Of a stretch of 56,885 nucleotides of DNA, positions 9,843 through 19,576 are shown piece after piece. A model generated the notes under the pieces. That model made no database searches and had not been told where the DNA came from. It worked only from the letters and a program-made list of their open reading frames with translations. Both the position numbers and the translations under genes were made by a program. The DNA comes from Gemmatimonadota bacterium (lineage in GTDB: Bacteria; Gemmatimonadota; Gemmatimonadetes; Gemmatimonadales; GWC2-71-9): assembly GCA_039591655.1 (NCBI GenBank), contig JBDHDE010000011.1, forward strand, positions 1-56,885, written 5' to 3'. How positions within the stretch are numbered: position 1 is the first letter of the stretch; the number at the start of each line of letters is the position of its first letter.

Positions 9843-9908
9843 TCGTCCCGCCTGAAGCACCCCTCGCTTCGTCCAGCGCCCCCCTCCCGCCGCACCACCG
9901 GATGACTG

Positions 9909-9944
9909 CACAAACAGAGCGGCCCGGCATTCGCCGGGCCGCTC
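9909..9944 (-). terminator. Intrinsic terminator of the minus-strand minor-pilin operon
   Basis: Perfect 12-bp stem GAGCGGCCCGGC-ATTC-GCCGGGCCGCTC (9917-9944), followed on the minus strand by TGTTTGTG. Confidence 0.7.
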
Positions 9945-9970
9945 GAGCAGGCTAGCAATTTCCTACGGTC

Positions 9971-11308
9971 CTACATGGTGATCTTGCCCAGCACCTGTTC
10001 CAGCGCCCGGGAGTCGAGCTTCTGCACGCCGCCGACGTTTATATCCATGGCGGCCTCGCCGACCCCCGTCTCGCCCAGCGCCTTTTGGATGGCGCAGGAG
10101 CTCCAGGTTACGGTGCCGTGGTCGTGGGTCCTGAGCGGAGTGTCCTCGTTGCACAGCGACTCGTTGAAGTAGTTCGCGTCCACGAACACCGCGCCCCACA
10201 TGTCGGAGCCGTCCTGGATCTCGACGCAGCCCTTGCCGATGATGAGCCCGGCGAAGTGGCCGCCCTCCAGCTCGAACTCGCTGCCGGTGACCGCATCGAG
10301 CAGGTCCAGTAGCACGATCCCCTGCCCATAGCCGGTCTTGATCTCAACCTCGCCCCGGATCAGGACCACCGGGTAGTAGTCGAAGCACAGGTCGCCGGGG
10401 ACGTTGGAGCCCCAGTTCTCGGGGTCGGTCATATCGCAGGCGCCCCCGGAATACGACGCGGCCAGGTCGAGCTTGACCTGACCACCCCCCACGGAGCTGA
10501 TCACGATGGTGGCCATGTCCTTGATCTCCTGCCACGTCAGCTCGCCGAAGTAGTCGAACGTGGAGTCGTTGATGCTGGGATCCTCGGCCAAGGCCTGGGG
10601 ATCCCCGTCGATCCAGCCGTCCTCCAAGTCCAGCAGGTCTGTGTCGTCCATGATTAGGCCCGTCTTGTTCGTCAGGTCCGGGCACTCGTCCTTCGTACCC
10701 CACCCCGGGGGCAGCTCGTCGTGCCCGTCGACGAAGTCATCACTGTCCGAGATCCTGACCGCGCCCCGCACCGTGGCCGCGGCGTCACAGCACGAGCCCA
10801 GCGTCCACATGCCGCCCGGTGGGGCGCTGGGAGACGGCGTCACGAAGACGCGCAGGCGGCGCTCGCCCAGGTCGTGGGCGTCGCGGCCCTCCACCGAGAC
10901 CATGTAGAGCATCTGGCCCGCGGTGTCGAGGCGGGTGATGGTGGCCTGGAACTTCGCGCCGTTGGCCAGCGTGTGCCAGCCGTTGCTGAACGCCGTGCCG
11001 TTGGCCGACATCTGCCAGGAGGCGTCGAGCACCAGGCTGTCGCCGCCAACCAGGGCGCCCGCGAGGCTGTCCATGTTGTTGGTGGTGTCGTTCCAGATCG
11101 CCTGGACGGCGTTGAGGCCCGCCTCGGCGGCGTAGTAGGCTGTCGCCGAGCTGCGCACCGCCCTGGTCGACTGCTGCTCGTCCACCGAGGTCCGGAGCGC
11201 CACGATGGCGATCGTGGTCATGATGACGAGCGCGAAGATGACAGTCGGTAGGACAAAGCCCTCCCGGCTCGCCAGCCGCGCCCGCAATCGTTCAACTAGC
11301 CTGCTCAT
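9971..11308 (-). CDS. pilX: Extended PilX-like minor pilin (445 aa) with a large acidic, Cys-containing C-terminal domain
   Basis: Class III signal REG|FVLPTVIF lacking Glu5 (PilX/GspK-type); AYYAAEAGL; AAGGAG SD. Confidence 0.75.
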   Translation of the reverse strand: MSRLVERLRARLASREGFVLPTVIFALVIMTTIAIVALRTSVDEQQSTRAVRSSATAYYAAEAGLNAVQAIWNDTTNNMDSLAGALVGGDSLVLDASWQMSANGTAFSNGWHTLANGAKFQATITRLDTAGQMLYMVSVEGRDAHDLGERRLRVFVTPSPSAPPGGMWTLGSCCDAAATVRGAVRISDSDDFVDGHDELPPGWGTKDECPDLTNKTGLIMDDTDLLDLEDGWIDGDPQALAEDPSINDSTFDYFGELTWQEIKDMATIVISSVGGGQVKLDLAASYSGGACDMTDPENWGSNVPGDLCFDYYPVVLIRGEVEIKTGYGQGIVLLDLLDAVTGSEFELEGGHFAGLIIGKGCVEIQDGSDMWGAVFVDANYFNESLCNEDTPLRTHDHGTVTWSSCAIQKALGETGVGEAAMDINVGGVQKLDSRALEQVLGKITM

Positions 11309-11385
11309 ATATGGCTCCTTGCTACTGTTCGCAAAGCTCCCTAGCTAACCCATCATCATCGATCAACGCGGCTGCCGGGTACTGG

Positions 11386-12252
11386 CTAGCCCCGCAAGAA
11401 GACTCTGGTCCGCACGCTGTCCTGCCGCTCCGTCGGCACGTTGGACGTACCGTGGCGCGAGGGGCCGAAGCTCTCCCCCCGGATCACGAACTCGATGACC
11501 CGAACGTCGGCGGGTGTGGCGGTTACGGCCCCCGTCGAGTCGAAGTAGTTGAACTCCAGCCCGCCGTCGGTCTGGGAGCGCACCGGTCCCGTGAGCCTCT
11601 CCCAGCTTGCGGCGCCGGCCACCTTGCGGCCGAACCACCAGCGGCCGTCCTCCTGGTAGATGCCGTACTCCGTGGGCCGGAAGTAGCGCACCGGCGAGCC
11701 GTCGTCGCCGCCCACGACGTCGTTCTTCAGGTCGACCACGTGGTCCGTCTCGATGGTGGCGCCCCCCGCCCAGTCGCAATGGCTGATGCCGCCGCCCACC
11801 GGATCCCACACGTTCTTGATGTCCTCGGCCACCCAGGCGTCGTCGCCGGGGGCGGCTCCCCCGGCCACGAACACCAGGGCGCTGTCGGTCTTGTTGTCGG
11901 GCCACCCAGACGCGGCGTAGATCCCGTAGCGGTCCGGCATGGTGGCGTGCCGCGCGCACAGCACGCCCCCGCCAATCATGGAGCGGATCGAGATCCCGTT
12001 CGCGCCCAGGGTGTAGATGTCGCCCTCGGTCGGCGCGAGCTGCCGCAGGTCCCAGTTGAGCAGCACCGCGGCGCCCCGCAGCGTCTCCCGCACGTCCTGC
12101 ACCTCGCGCTGGTCCTGGTGCGCCATGCTCTGGTTCACCATCAGCCGGTACACCGTGGCCATCACCAGGGAGGCGATGATGATGTAGATCAGCACCTCCA
12201 CTATGGTGAGCCCCGCCTCGTCGAGGCGCCGGGTGCCGTCGCGCCCGCTCAT
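11386..12252 (-). CDS. pilW: PilW-like minor pilin
   Basis: EAG|LTIVEVLIYIIIASL prepilin motif; start overlaps the upstream stop (ATGA). Confidence 0.75.
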   Translation of the reverse strand: MSGRDGTRRLDEAGLTIVEVLIYIIIASLVMATVYRLMVNQSMAHQDQREVQDVRETLRGAAVLLNWDLRQLAPTEGDIYTLGANGISIRSMIGGGVLCARHATMPDRYGIYAASGWPDNKTDSALVFVAGGAAPGDDAWVAEDIKNVWDPVGGGISHCDWAGGATIETDHVVDLKNDVVGGDDGSPVRYFRPTEYGIYQEDGRWWFGRKVAGAASWERLTGPVRSQTDGGLEFNYFDSTGAVTATPADVRVIEFVIRGESFGPSRHGTSNVPTERQDSVRTRVFLRG

Positions 12253-12626
12253 AGCGTGTCCGCCGAGGGGAGGACGAGCACCAGCGTGTCCGCCACGCTC
12301 TGGCCCGCCCGGTTGGTCCACGAAGCCACGATGGTCACGACCTGGGGATCCGTCCCCGCCACGGCCCACGTCATGGGGTGCCCCTGCCGCGTGCCCGAAC
12401 CGTCGACGATGTTGCCGTACCCCCGCCACTGGAGGCTCTCCGCCTGGGCCTGGAGCGCGGACCAGAGGTCCATGTCCCGGCGGCTGTAGTACAGCTGCCG
12501 AGCCGCGAGCCCGCTGGCGGCTGCCAGGCTCAGGAGCAGGGTAGCCAGCACCATGATCCCCACGATCACCTCCACCAGCGCCACACCGCGCTCGCCGCGA
12601 ATTCGATTCCTCTTCTGTGCGCTCAT
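12249..12626 (-). CDS. pilV: PilV-like minor pilin
   Basis: ERG|VALVEVIVGIMVL prepilin motif; about 125 aa; ATGA coupling on both sides. Confidence 0.75.
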   Translation of the reverse strand: MSAQKRNRIRGERGVALVEVIVGIMVLATLLLSLAAASGLAARQLYYSRRDMDLWSALQAQAESLQWRGYGNIVDGSGTRQGHPMTWAVAGTDPQVVTIVASWTNRAGQSVADTLVLVLPSADTL

Positions 12627-13114
12627 CTGGATAGCTTCCCGAGTGCGGTCATCTGCACCGACATGGAGTCGTCGAGTAGTCTGAAGGTGATCGTCCCCTC
12701 CGGCTTCTGACATGGCACGCCCCTGCCGTTCTTGCCCCTCCACGGCAGGCCGCGGGGGTCGAAGCACAGCCGCTTGCGGTCGCTCTCCATCGTGAGGTAG
12801 ACGGTGCTCACGTCCCGCACCTGCCCGATCGTGTCGACCGTGCCGTCGCCCACCGTGTCCATCTCCACCCAGAACGTCGCCGTGGGCCCGTCGATGATCA
12901 GCTCGGAGAGGCGGCCGTAGCGCACCGCCATCATCCGGGCCCGCTGGTACGTAGAGCGGAACTGGTCGATGGAGGCCCGGAGCTTTCTCGACTTGTAGTA
13001 ATTGCGCACGGGAACTACCACGATCGCGGTTAGCACCGCGAGCATGGAGACCACGATCAGCAGCTCGATGATTGTGAACCCGCGTGCCTTCTTCACTTCT
13101 CTCAAATCAAGCAA
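12623..13114 (-). CDS. fimT: FimT/FimU (GspH-like) minor pilin
   Basis: KARG|FTIIELLIVVSML; ARMMAVRYG; FDPRG; MTALG. AGGAGG lies 8 nt before TTG at 13114 (alternative start GTG 13096). Confidence 0.75.
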   Translation of the reverse strand: MLDLREVKKARGFTIIELLIVVSMLAVLTAIVVVPVRNYYKSRKLRASIDQFRSTYQRARMMAVRYGRLSELIIDGPTATFWVEMDTVGDGTVDTIGQVRDVSTVYLTMESDRKRLCFDPRGLPWRGKNGRGVPCQKPEGTITFRLLDDSMSVQMTALGKLSR

Positions 13115-13289
13115 GACACATGCCTCCTGCCTAAGTGCCTGTTCCGCGGGTCGCTGCCTCGATCTCGAGTCGTTGCTCCCGTGCAGGGTGCCACGCGCAC
13201 GGGCACTCTGCCACAACTCCCCTTTCCGGGGCGTCGGGCACAGTGCGCAGCAGTGCACTTGGAACGTACGAATGAACCACCAGGAGTGC

Positions 13290-13755
13290 TGTGACATCTG
13301 GCACAGCAGCGACCCTCCGAAATGCGCGGGAGGACGGGCCATAACACGTTGCGGGCGAACCACATTCCGTGCCTCGCCCAACTGCTAAATGTTGCGCCCG
13401 CGGCGGCCGGGCGCAATCACGACGCCACAGGTTAATACAGTGCCTTCCCGGAGGTCGGCGAGCGCGGCCCGATGTGTGCCGTTGGTCACACTCATGGCGC
13501 TGGCACTGTTTCCCAGCGAGGCCTTGCGATGAGGCGGCGAGCGTGTGACAGGGGCGGTTGGGGGCCGGGCCGAGGCCGGCTGACCGATTGCAGGATGCCG
13601 GGTCCGCGGGCGCCGGGCCGCGCCGCCCGGACCCTGGGAGGCCCCAGGATTTGCCCGGACATGTGGCTGATCGGGCCGCGGAGCTCCGAAAGGCCAGGGA
13701 AGATGGGGCATTTGGGGGCTTTCCGGGCTCGTCGCAAAGTGTGAGCCATGTCATT
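13290..13755. promoter_or_regulatory. Three CRP/FNR-family-like boxes in the divergent fimT/pilS intergenic region
   Basis: TGTGA-CATCTG-GCACA (13290-13305), TGTGC-CGTTGG-TCACA (13475-13490), TGTGA-GCCATG-TCATT (13740-13755) versus consensus TGTGA-N6-TCACA. Confidence 0.45.
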
Positions 13756-13790
13756 TGCATTTTGCCATAGCCCGCCGGATACTACTTGCC

Positions 13791-15470
13791 ATGCGAGGCT
13801 TGGAAGGTCGGTCGCACCCGGATGCCGGCAGGATGCGCCCCGGCGGGGCGCCGTCGGTGCGGGGCCTGCTGCGCTGGGTGTACCTGGGGCGGGTCACGGT
13901 GGCCATCGTGGTGTTCATGGCGGCGGCCTTCTACTTCCAGGCGGTCCCGCCGGTGACCATTCTCATCGTCGCCATCGCGGCGCTGGCCACCGTGATCGTG
14001 ACATCCGTCTCGATCCTGCACACCCACGTCCGGGGCGTCGAGCCGGGCCTCACATTCCTCTACCTCCAGGCGTTGTTCGATCTGGCTCTGATCACCACGG
14101 TGGTGCACGTGACCGAGGGGCCGACCAGCCAGTTCCCGGCCCTGTACATCCTGGTGATCGCGGTGAGCGGCATCATGATGCCGTTCGGCTCGAGCCTGCT
14201 CATCACGAGCCTCGCGAGCCTGCTGTACCTGGCGGACATCGTGTGGTGGTACCCGGTGATAGACCCCGTGGGGGTGTGGCTCCAGATCGCCGTGTTCGTC
14301 GCGGTGTTCATCGCCACCGGCTTCATCGCCACCCGGGTGCGCTCGGCGGGTGCTGAGCGGGACAGCTTGCGGCAGGAGATGAAGCGGTTGCGCCTCGAGG
14401 CCAGCGACATCCTGCGCAACATCACCAGCGGGGTGGTGACGGTAGACGGGAGCGGGAACCTGCTGTACGCCAACCCGGCCGCGGTGCTGCTGCTGGGGAT
14501 CGCTGGCCCCGACATCGAGGGAAGGCCCCTCGCCGAGCTGGTGGGGGACCGGGCGCCCGAGCTCCTCCGGGCCATCGCCACCACCCAGGCCACCAGGCGC
14601 AAGACACTGCGCGACGAGGGAGCGATCCGGGGCGAGCGCTCTTTCCCCATCGGCGTCACCACCACCAGCCTCGAGCATGACGGCGCCGAGTCGCCGTCGG
14701 TGACGGCGATCTTCACCGACATCTCCGATCAGAAGCGCATCGAGGAGCTGCACCTGCGGGCGGGCCGGCTCGAGGCCGTGGCCGAGCTCTCGGCCTCCCT
14801 GGCCCACGAGATCAAGAACCCTCTGGCCTCGATCCGATCATCGGTGGAGCAGATCGCCGACTCGGCCGGCACCGACGACGACGAGCGCGTCCTGGCCCAG
14901 TTGGTGCTGCGGGAGAGCGACCGGCTGAGCCGCCTGCTGAGCGAGTTCCTGGACTTCTCCCGGGTCCAGGTCACCCAGAGCCGGCCGCTGGACCTGGGCG
15001 CCGTGGCGGAGCGTGCGGCGGAGGTGGTACGGCAGCACCCGGACTGCCCGGAGAGCGCAGCTATCGAGGTGCAGCGGGAGCTCAGCCCGCTGGAGGGAGA
15101 CGAGGACTTGCTGCACCGCGTGGCGGTGAATCTCATCCTCAACGCCGTGCAGGCCGCCGACGGCCAGACGCAGGTGAAGGTGGAGGTGCGCGAGGCGAGG
15201 CCCGGCGAGGCGCCGCCAGGGGTGCGGCTGGCCAGGTCGGTGCTCCTCAGGGTGTCCGACGACGGGCCCGGGGTTCCGTTGCACCTCCAGCAGCGGCTGT
15301 TCGAGCCGTTCGTCACCGGCCGCCTGGGCGGCTCGGGGCTCGGGCTCGCCATCGTGCAGCGCGCCGTGGAGGCCCATCGGGGGGTCATCCTGGTGGACTC
15401 GCTGCCCGGCAAGGGAGCCACGTTCACCGTGCTGATACCGACCGGTGGCGTGGGGGAGGTTGTCGCATGA
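13791..15470 (+). CDS. pilS: PilS-type membrane sensor histidine kinase (multi-TM, PAS, HisKA, HATPase)
   Basis: About six TM helices; LAHEIKNPLASI, NLILNA, DDGPG, LFEPF, GSGLGL. Start uncertain (13755/13791/13832). Confidence 0.85.
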   Translation: MRGLEGRSHPDAGRMRPGGAPSVRGLLRWVYLGRVTVAIVVFMAAAFYFQAVPPVTILIVAIAALATVIVTSVSILHTHVRGVEPGLTFLYLQALFDLALITTVVHVTEGPTSQFPALYILVIAVSGIMMPFGSSLLITSLASLLYLADIVWWYPVIDPVGVWLQIAVFVAVFIATGFIATRVRSAGAERDSLRQEMKRLRLEASDILRNITSGVVTVDGSGNLLYANPAAVLLLGIAGPDIEGRPLAELVGDRAPELLRAIATTQATRRKTLRDEGAIRGERSFPIGVTTTSLEHDGAESPSVTAIFTDISDQKRIEELHLRAGRLEAVAELSASLAHEIKNPLASIRSSVEQIADSAGTDDDERVLAQLVLRESDRLSRLLSEFLDFSRVQVTQSRPLDLGAVAERAAEVVRQHPDCPESAAIEVQRELSPLEGDEDLLHRVAVNLILNAVQAADGQTQVKVEVREARPGEAPPGVRLARSVLLRVSDDGPGVPLHLQQRLFEPFVTGRLGGSGLGLAIVQRAVEAHRGVILVDSLPGKGATFTVLIPTGGVGEVVA

Positions 15471-16840
15471 GAGCCCAGAAGCCCAGTATCCTCGTCATCG
15501 ACGACGAGTCCGGCATCCTCGATACCCTGAGGATCCTGCTCAAGAACTCCGGCTTCACCCCGGACACGGCGCAGGGCGGCCGGGCGGGGCTGGATGCCAT
15601 GCGCTCATCCCCGCCCGACATCGTGCTGGCGGACATCCGCATGCCCCAGGTGACTGGGATCGACATCCTGGCCGCCGCGCGGGACCAGGATCCCGAGATG
15701 CCGGTCATCCTCATGACGGCGCAGGCGTCGTTGCAGACGGCCATACAGGCGGTAAACGAGGGCGCCTTCTACTACATCCAGAAGCCCTTCACCAACGACG
15801 ACCTCGTCGCCATCTGCCAGCGCGCCGCCGAGTACCGCCAGCTGCGGTCGGAGAACAAGCAGCTCAAGCGGGAGATCCGCAAGCGGGAGCGCTCCAAGTC
15901 CATCAAGCCCATCGGCAACGCCAGGAACTTCATCGACGTGCTCCAGCTAGCCGAGCAGGTGGCGCCCACCGAGTCCACCGTGCTCATCCTGGGCGAGAGC
16001 GGCACCGGCAAGGAGGTCGTGGCCCGCTTTATCCACGAGCTGTCCGAGCGCACCGAGGGGCCTTTCTTCTCCATCAACTGCGGCGCCCTGCCGGAGAGCC
16101 TGCTGGAGTCCGAGCTGTTCGGGCACATGAAGGGGGCCTTCACCGGCGCCGTGCGGGACAAGCAAGGGCTGTTCGCGGCGGCCCGGGGTGGGACCTTCTT
16201 CCTCGACGAGATTGCCGAGATGACGCCGTCCACCCAGGTGAAGCTGCTCCGGGTGCTGCAGGAGCGGGAGGCGCTCCCAGTGGGCGGCACCGAGCCGGTG
16301 CCGGTGGATGTGCGGGTCATCGCCGCCACCAACCGGGACCTGGACGACGAGATGCGCCGCGGCACGTTCCGCCAGGACCTGTACTACCGCCTCAACGTGA
16401 TATCGCTGCACCTGCCGCCCCTCAGGGCCCGCCGCGAGGACATCCCGGTGCTGGCCGAGGGGCTCCTCCAGCGGATGGCCGAGGACCGGATGCAGCCGGT
16501 GAAGCATCTCGCCGACGACGCGCTCCAGGCCATCATGGCGTACGACTGGCCCGGCAACGTGCGGGAGCTGGAGAACGCCCTGGAGCACGCCGCGCTGCTG
16601 GCGGCCGACAGTAACATCACGGCGGGCCACCTGCCCGAGCGGGCTACGGCCCGCAAGGCCCAGCCCCTGGTCGCCGACCGGCCGCCGGACAACCCGACCC
16701 TCGAGGCCGTGGAGCGGGCGTATATCCTCTGGGTGCTCAACGCCGAGGGCGGGAACAAGACCCGGGCGGCAGAGGTCCTGGGCATCGATCCGTCCACGCT
16801 CTACCGCAAGCTGGCGCGCTATGAATCTGAGTCGGCGTAG
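15467..16840 (+). CDS. pilR: PilR-type sigma54-dependent response regulator
   Basis: Receiver (IDDE, LADIRMP, KPF), [29 protein letters not shown], Fis-type HTH ([11 protein letters not shown]...TLYRKL). Confidence 0.88.
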   Translation: MRAQKPSILVIDDESGILDTLRILLKNSGFTPDTAQGGRAGLDAMRSSPPDIVLADIRMPQVTGIDILAAARDQDPEMPVILMTAQASLQTAIQAVNEGAFYYIQKPFTNDDLVAICQRAAEYRQLRSENKQLKREIRKRERSKSIKPIGNARNFIDVLQLAEQVAPTESTVLILGESGTGKEVVARFIHELSERTEGPFFSINCGALPESLLESELFGHMKGAFTGAVRDKQGLFAAARGGTFFLDEIAEMTPSTQVKLLRVLQEREALPVGGTEPVPVDVRVIAATNRDLDDEMRRGTFRQDLYYRLNVISLHLPPLRARREDIPVLAEGLLQRMAEDRMQPVKHLADDALQAIMAYDWPGNVRELENALEHAALLAADSNITAGHLPERATARKAQPLVADRPPDNPTLEAVERAYILWVLNAEGGNKTRAAEVLGIDPSTLYRKLARYESESA

Positions 16841-17588
16841 CGGGCCGTTCCGGGGGGAGCCCCTCCCCGCCGACTGGAACCAACTCGTGGTGTCGGTGGT
16901 CATGCCGGCCTACAACGAGGAGGAGACCATCGAGCAGTCGGTGCGGCGCGTGCGGCAGGTCCCGCTCAACGTGGAGATCGTGGCGGTGAACGACGCGTCG
17001 CGGGACCGTACCGGCGAGCTCCTCGATCAACTGGATCAAGAGGGCCTGCTTGACCAGGTGGTCCACCAGCCGAAGAACATGGGCAAGGGCGCCGCGGTGC
17101 GGGCCGGGATCCAGGCGGCCACGGGGCACGTGATCGTGATCCAGGACGCCGACCTGGAGTACGACCCGATGGAGTATCCCACCCTCCTGGAGCCCATCAG
17201 GTCGAACAAGGCCGACGCCGTCTACGGCTCGCGCTTCCAGTCGGGCCCCCGCAGGGTGCTGTACTTCTGGCACTCTGTGGGCAACCGGTTCCTGACGCTG
17301 CTCTCCAACATGCTCACCGACCTCAACCTCACCGACATGGAGACCTGCTACAAGATGGTCCGGGCGGACCTCATGAAGTCGCTGCCGTTGGTCTCCAACC
17401 GCTTCGGCATCGAGCCCGAGCTGACCGCACGCCTGTCGAGGGCCGGGGCGCGCATCTGGGAGGTGCCGATCAGCTACAGCGGGCGGACCTACGCCGAGGG
17501 CAAGAAGATCGACTGGCGGGATGGGATCGCCGCGTTGTGGCACATCCTGCGTTTCAACCTGCTGCCATCCAGGCGCGCCTCCCGCTGA
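16821..17588 (+). CDS. GT2 glycosyltransferase, DPM1/polyprenyl-phosphate sugar synthase-like
   Basis: [61 protein letters not shown]. Confidence 0.9.
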   Translation: MNLSRRSGPFRGEPLPADWNQLVVSVVMPAYNEEETIEQSVRRVRQVPLNVEIVAVNDASRDRTGELLDQLDQEGLLDQVVHQPKNMGKGAAVRAGIQAATGHVIVIQDADLEYDPMEYPTLLEPIRSNKADAVYGSRFQSGPRRVLYFWHSVGNRFLTLLSNMLTDLNLTDMETCYKMVRADLMKSLPLVSNRFGIEPELTARLSRAGARIWEVPISYSGRTYAEGKKIDWRDGIAALWHILRFNLLPSRRASR

Positions 17589-19576
17589 CTCGGGACGTCA
17601 CACCTTGGCTGTGGCGCGGCATCGGCGTAGTGCTCGTGCTGCTTGCGGTGCTGCCCCTCGCGCGGTGGTTCGGCGGGGGCGACCCCGGGCCCATCTGGGC
17701 GCCCCACATCCAGGCGTGGCTCATCGGGATCGTCGCAGTCGTCGCTGGCGGCGTCGTGGCGGGTCGGGTAGCCGTTCATCTCGAGCCCCGGCCACGGCGA
17801 CGCCCTGCGGTTTCTCCCTGGGCCTTTGTCGGTTGCATCGCCGGGCTCTTCGTGGTGGCAGCGTCTCTTGCCATGCGGGAGGTGTTTGCCGCCAACCCGC
17901 ACCTGGTGGACGAGGTGGCGCAGCTGTTCCACGCCCGGGTGTTCGCCTCGGGCCGTCTTGCGGCGCCGGTCCCCGAGCCCGCCGAGTCCTTCCTCATCAC
18001 ACACACGTGGCTCACTGACGCCGGTTGGGTATCGCAGTATCCGCCGGGACAGGCGGTACTGCTGGCGCCGGGCCTCCTGCTGGGACTCGAGTGGCTGGTG
18101 AACCCGGTGCTGGGTGGTGTGGGCGTGGTGCTGGTGTTCCTCCTGGCGCGGGGACTCTACGGAGTGCGCACGGCGCTGGCAGCGGCCTTCCTCTGGGCCG
18201 CGTCGGCGTGGGTGCTCTTCATGTCCGCCACGTACATGAACCATGTGGGTGCGACGACCTGTGCCCTCGCGGCGTGGGCGCTATTGTGGGCGCCGAGGAG
18301 GCCGCGGACCTGGCACTGGCTCGGCGCAGGCTTCTTCCTGGCGGCGTGTGCCGCCACGCGGCCCCTGGACGGAGTGGCGGCCGCAATCCCGGTGGCGCTG
18401 TGGCTGGTACTGCGACGGCGTCGCGTCGTGGCAGCCGGCTGGCTGGCACTGGGGGGCCTGCCGGTGGCGTTTGCGTGGGGCTACCTCAACTACCGGCTGT
18501 ACGGCAGTCCGCTGACCCTGGGCTACACTGCGGTCTACGGGCCGGAGCACGGCCTGGGATTCCACGTCGATCCCTGGGGTCTTCGCTACACGCCGCTCGT
18601 GGCACTGGGCAACGCGGCAGCGGCGGTGCGGCGACTCAACATCTACCTGTTCGAGTGGCCGATTCCAGCTCTGCTGCCGCTGGTACTCTGGGGGCTGCTC
18701 GGCCGGCAGCGGCGGAGGGCCGACCTGTTGGTCGCCCTCGGGATCGTGGCGGGTCCACTGCTGTACGCACTCTACTGGCACTCCGGGTTCTATCCGGGGC
18801 CGCGCTTCTACTATATCGCTGCGCCGTGGCTCGTCATCGCAACGGCCCGCGCCTGGCGACAGGCGTGGCTGTGGAGTCGCCGCCGGCCCCGATCGCCGGT
18901 CCGCTGGGACGTGGCACTAGCCGTGGCGGCCTGCGCCGTGCTGGTGTGGGGTTGGGTCGCCATCCTGCCGGCGCGCTGGGACGTGTACCGCACGGGTCTC
19001 ACATCCTTGAAGCTCCATCCCGAGCGAGACATCCGTGCGGCCGGCGTCACGCAGGCGCTGGTGTTGCTGCCCGAGAGCTGGGGCAGTCGCGTCGTCGTCC
19101 GACTGTGGGGTCTGGGCGCGTCCCCCGGACTGGCAGAGCGGGCGTATCGGCGACTGGACACCTGCGAGCTGCACCAGTTTGCCGTGAGGGCCCGCCGGGC
19201 CGGCTTGTCCCCCGCCGCCGTGCACGACAGTCTGGAGCGCCGGCTGGAGGAGCAGCGCCAGGCAGCGCCGCTGGTTCCCGGCTGGCCCGACTGGACGCTG
19301 CGCCTGCAGCCACGGGACACCCTGCCAGGGGAATGCCACATCGAGATGGATCGCGATTTCGCGGGGTTCACCATCTACGGCAACCATGCGTGGCGCAACG
19401 CGACGGGGCTGGATGGGGGGATCGTGTTCGCGCGCGATCTGTTCGAGCGCAATGACGAGCTGCTGGCCCGCTATCCCGGTTGGGAGGTGTGGCGCTTCGC
19501 CCCCGTGGATGGCGGCAGCGCACCACCGGTGCTGCGGCGGCTGAGTCCGGCTCCGGCGAGCGAGGCGGCGCCGTGA
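17537..19576 (+). CDS. Multi-TM GT-C-fold (ArnT/PMT-like) glycosyltransferase
   Basis: About 12 hydrophobic segments; acidic loop motif PHLVDE after the first TMs; SQYPPG, TRPLDG, GPRFYY. Start uncertain. Confidence 0.65.
   Translation: MAHPAFQPAAIQARLPLTRDVTPWLWRGIGVVLVLLAVLPLARWFGGGDPGPIWAPHIQAWLIGIVAVVAGGVVAGRVAVHLEPRPRRRPAVSPWAFVGCIAGLFVVAASLAMREVFAANPHLVDEVAQLFHARVFASGRLAAPVPEPAESFLITHTWLTDAGWVSQYPPGQAVLLAPGLLLGLEWLVNPVLGGVGVVLVFLLARGLYGVRTALAAAFLWAASAWVLFMSATYMNHVGATTCALAAWALLWAPRRPRTWHWLGAGFFLAACAATRPLDGVAAAIPVALWLVLRRRRVVAAGWLALGGLPVAFAWGYLNYRLYGSPLTLGYTAVYGPEHGLGFHVDPWGLRYTPLVALGNAAAAVRRLNIYLFEWPIPALLPLVLWGLLGRQRRRADLLVALGIVAGPLLYALYWHSGFYPGPRFYYIAAPWLVIATARAWRQAWLWSRRRPRSPVRWDVALAVAACAVLVWGWVAILPARWDVYRTGLTSLKLHPERDIRAAGVTQALVLLPESWGSRVVVRLWGLGASPGLAERAYRRLDTCELHQFAVRARRAGLSPAAVHDSLERRLEEQRQAAPLVPGWPDWTLRLQPRDTLPGECHIEMDRDFAGFTIYGNHAWRNATGLDGGIVFARDLFERNDELLARYPGWEVWRFAPVDGGSAPPVLRRLSPAPASEAAP

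Noticed and set aside
7944..9911. Long antisense or alternative-frame ORFs (e.g. 7944-9911, 33961-35985, 39350-40708, 50759-52522)
   Set aside because: They shadow well-supported genes, are Arg/Pro/Gly/His-rich without motifs, and are expected in high-GC DNA.
9971..13114. Minus-strand pilin cassette as an invertible phase-variation segment
   Set aside because: No matching inverted repeats were found at the two ends, and it has its own terminator and upstream control region.
13355..13376. Sigma54 promoter for fimT (minus strand AGGCACGGAATGTGG)
   Set aside because: The -24 element fits, but the -12 position reads GG instead of the required GC.
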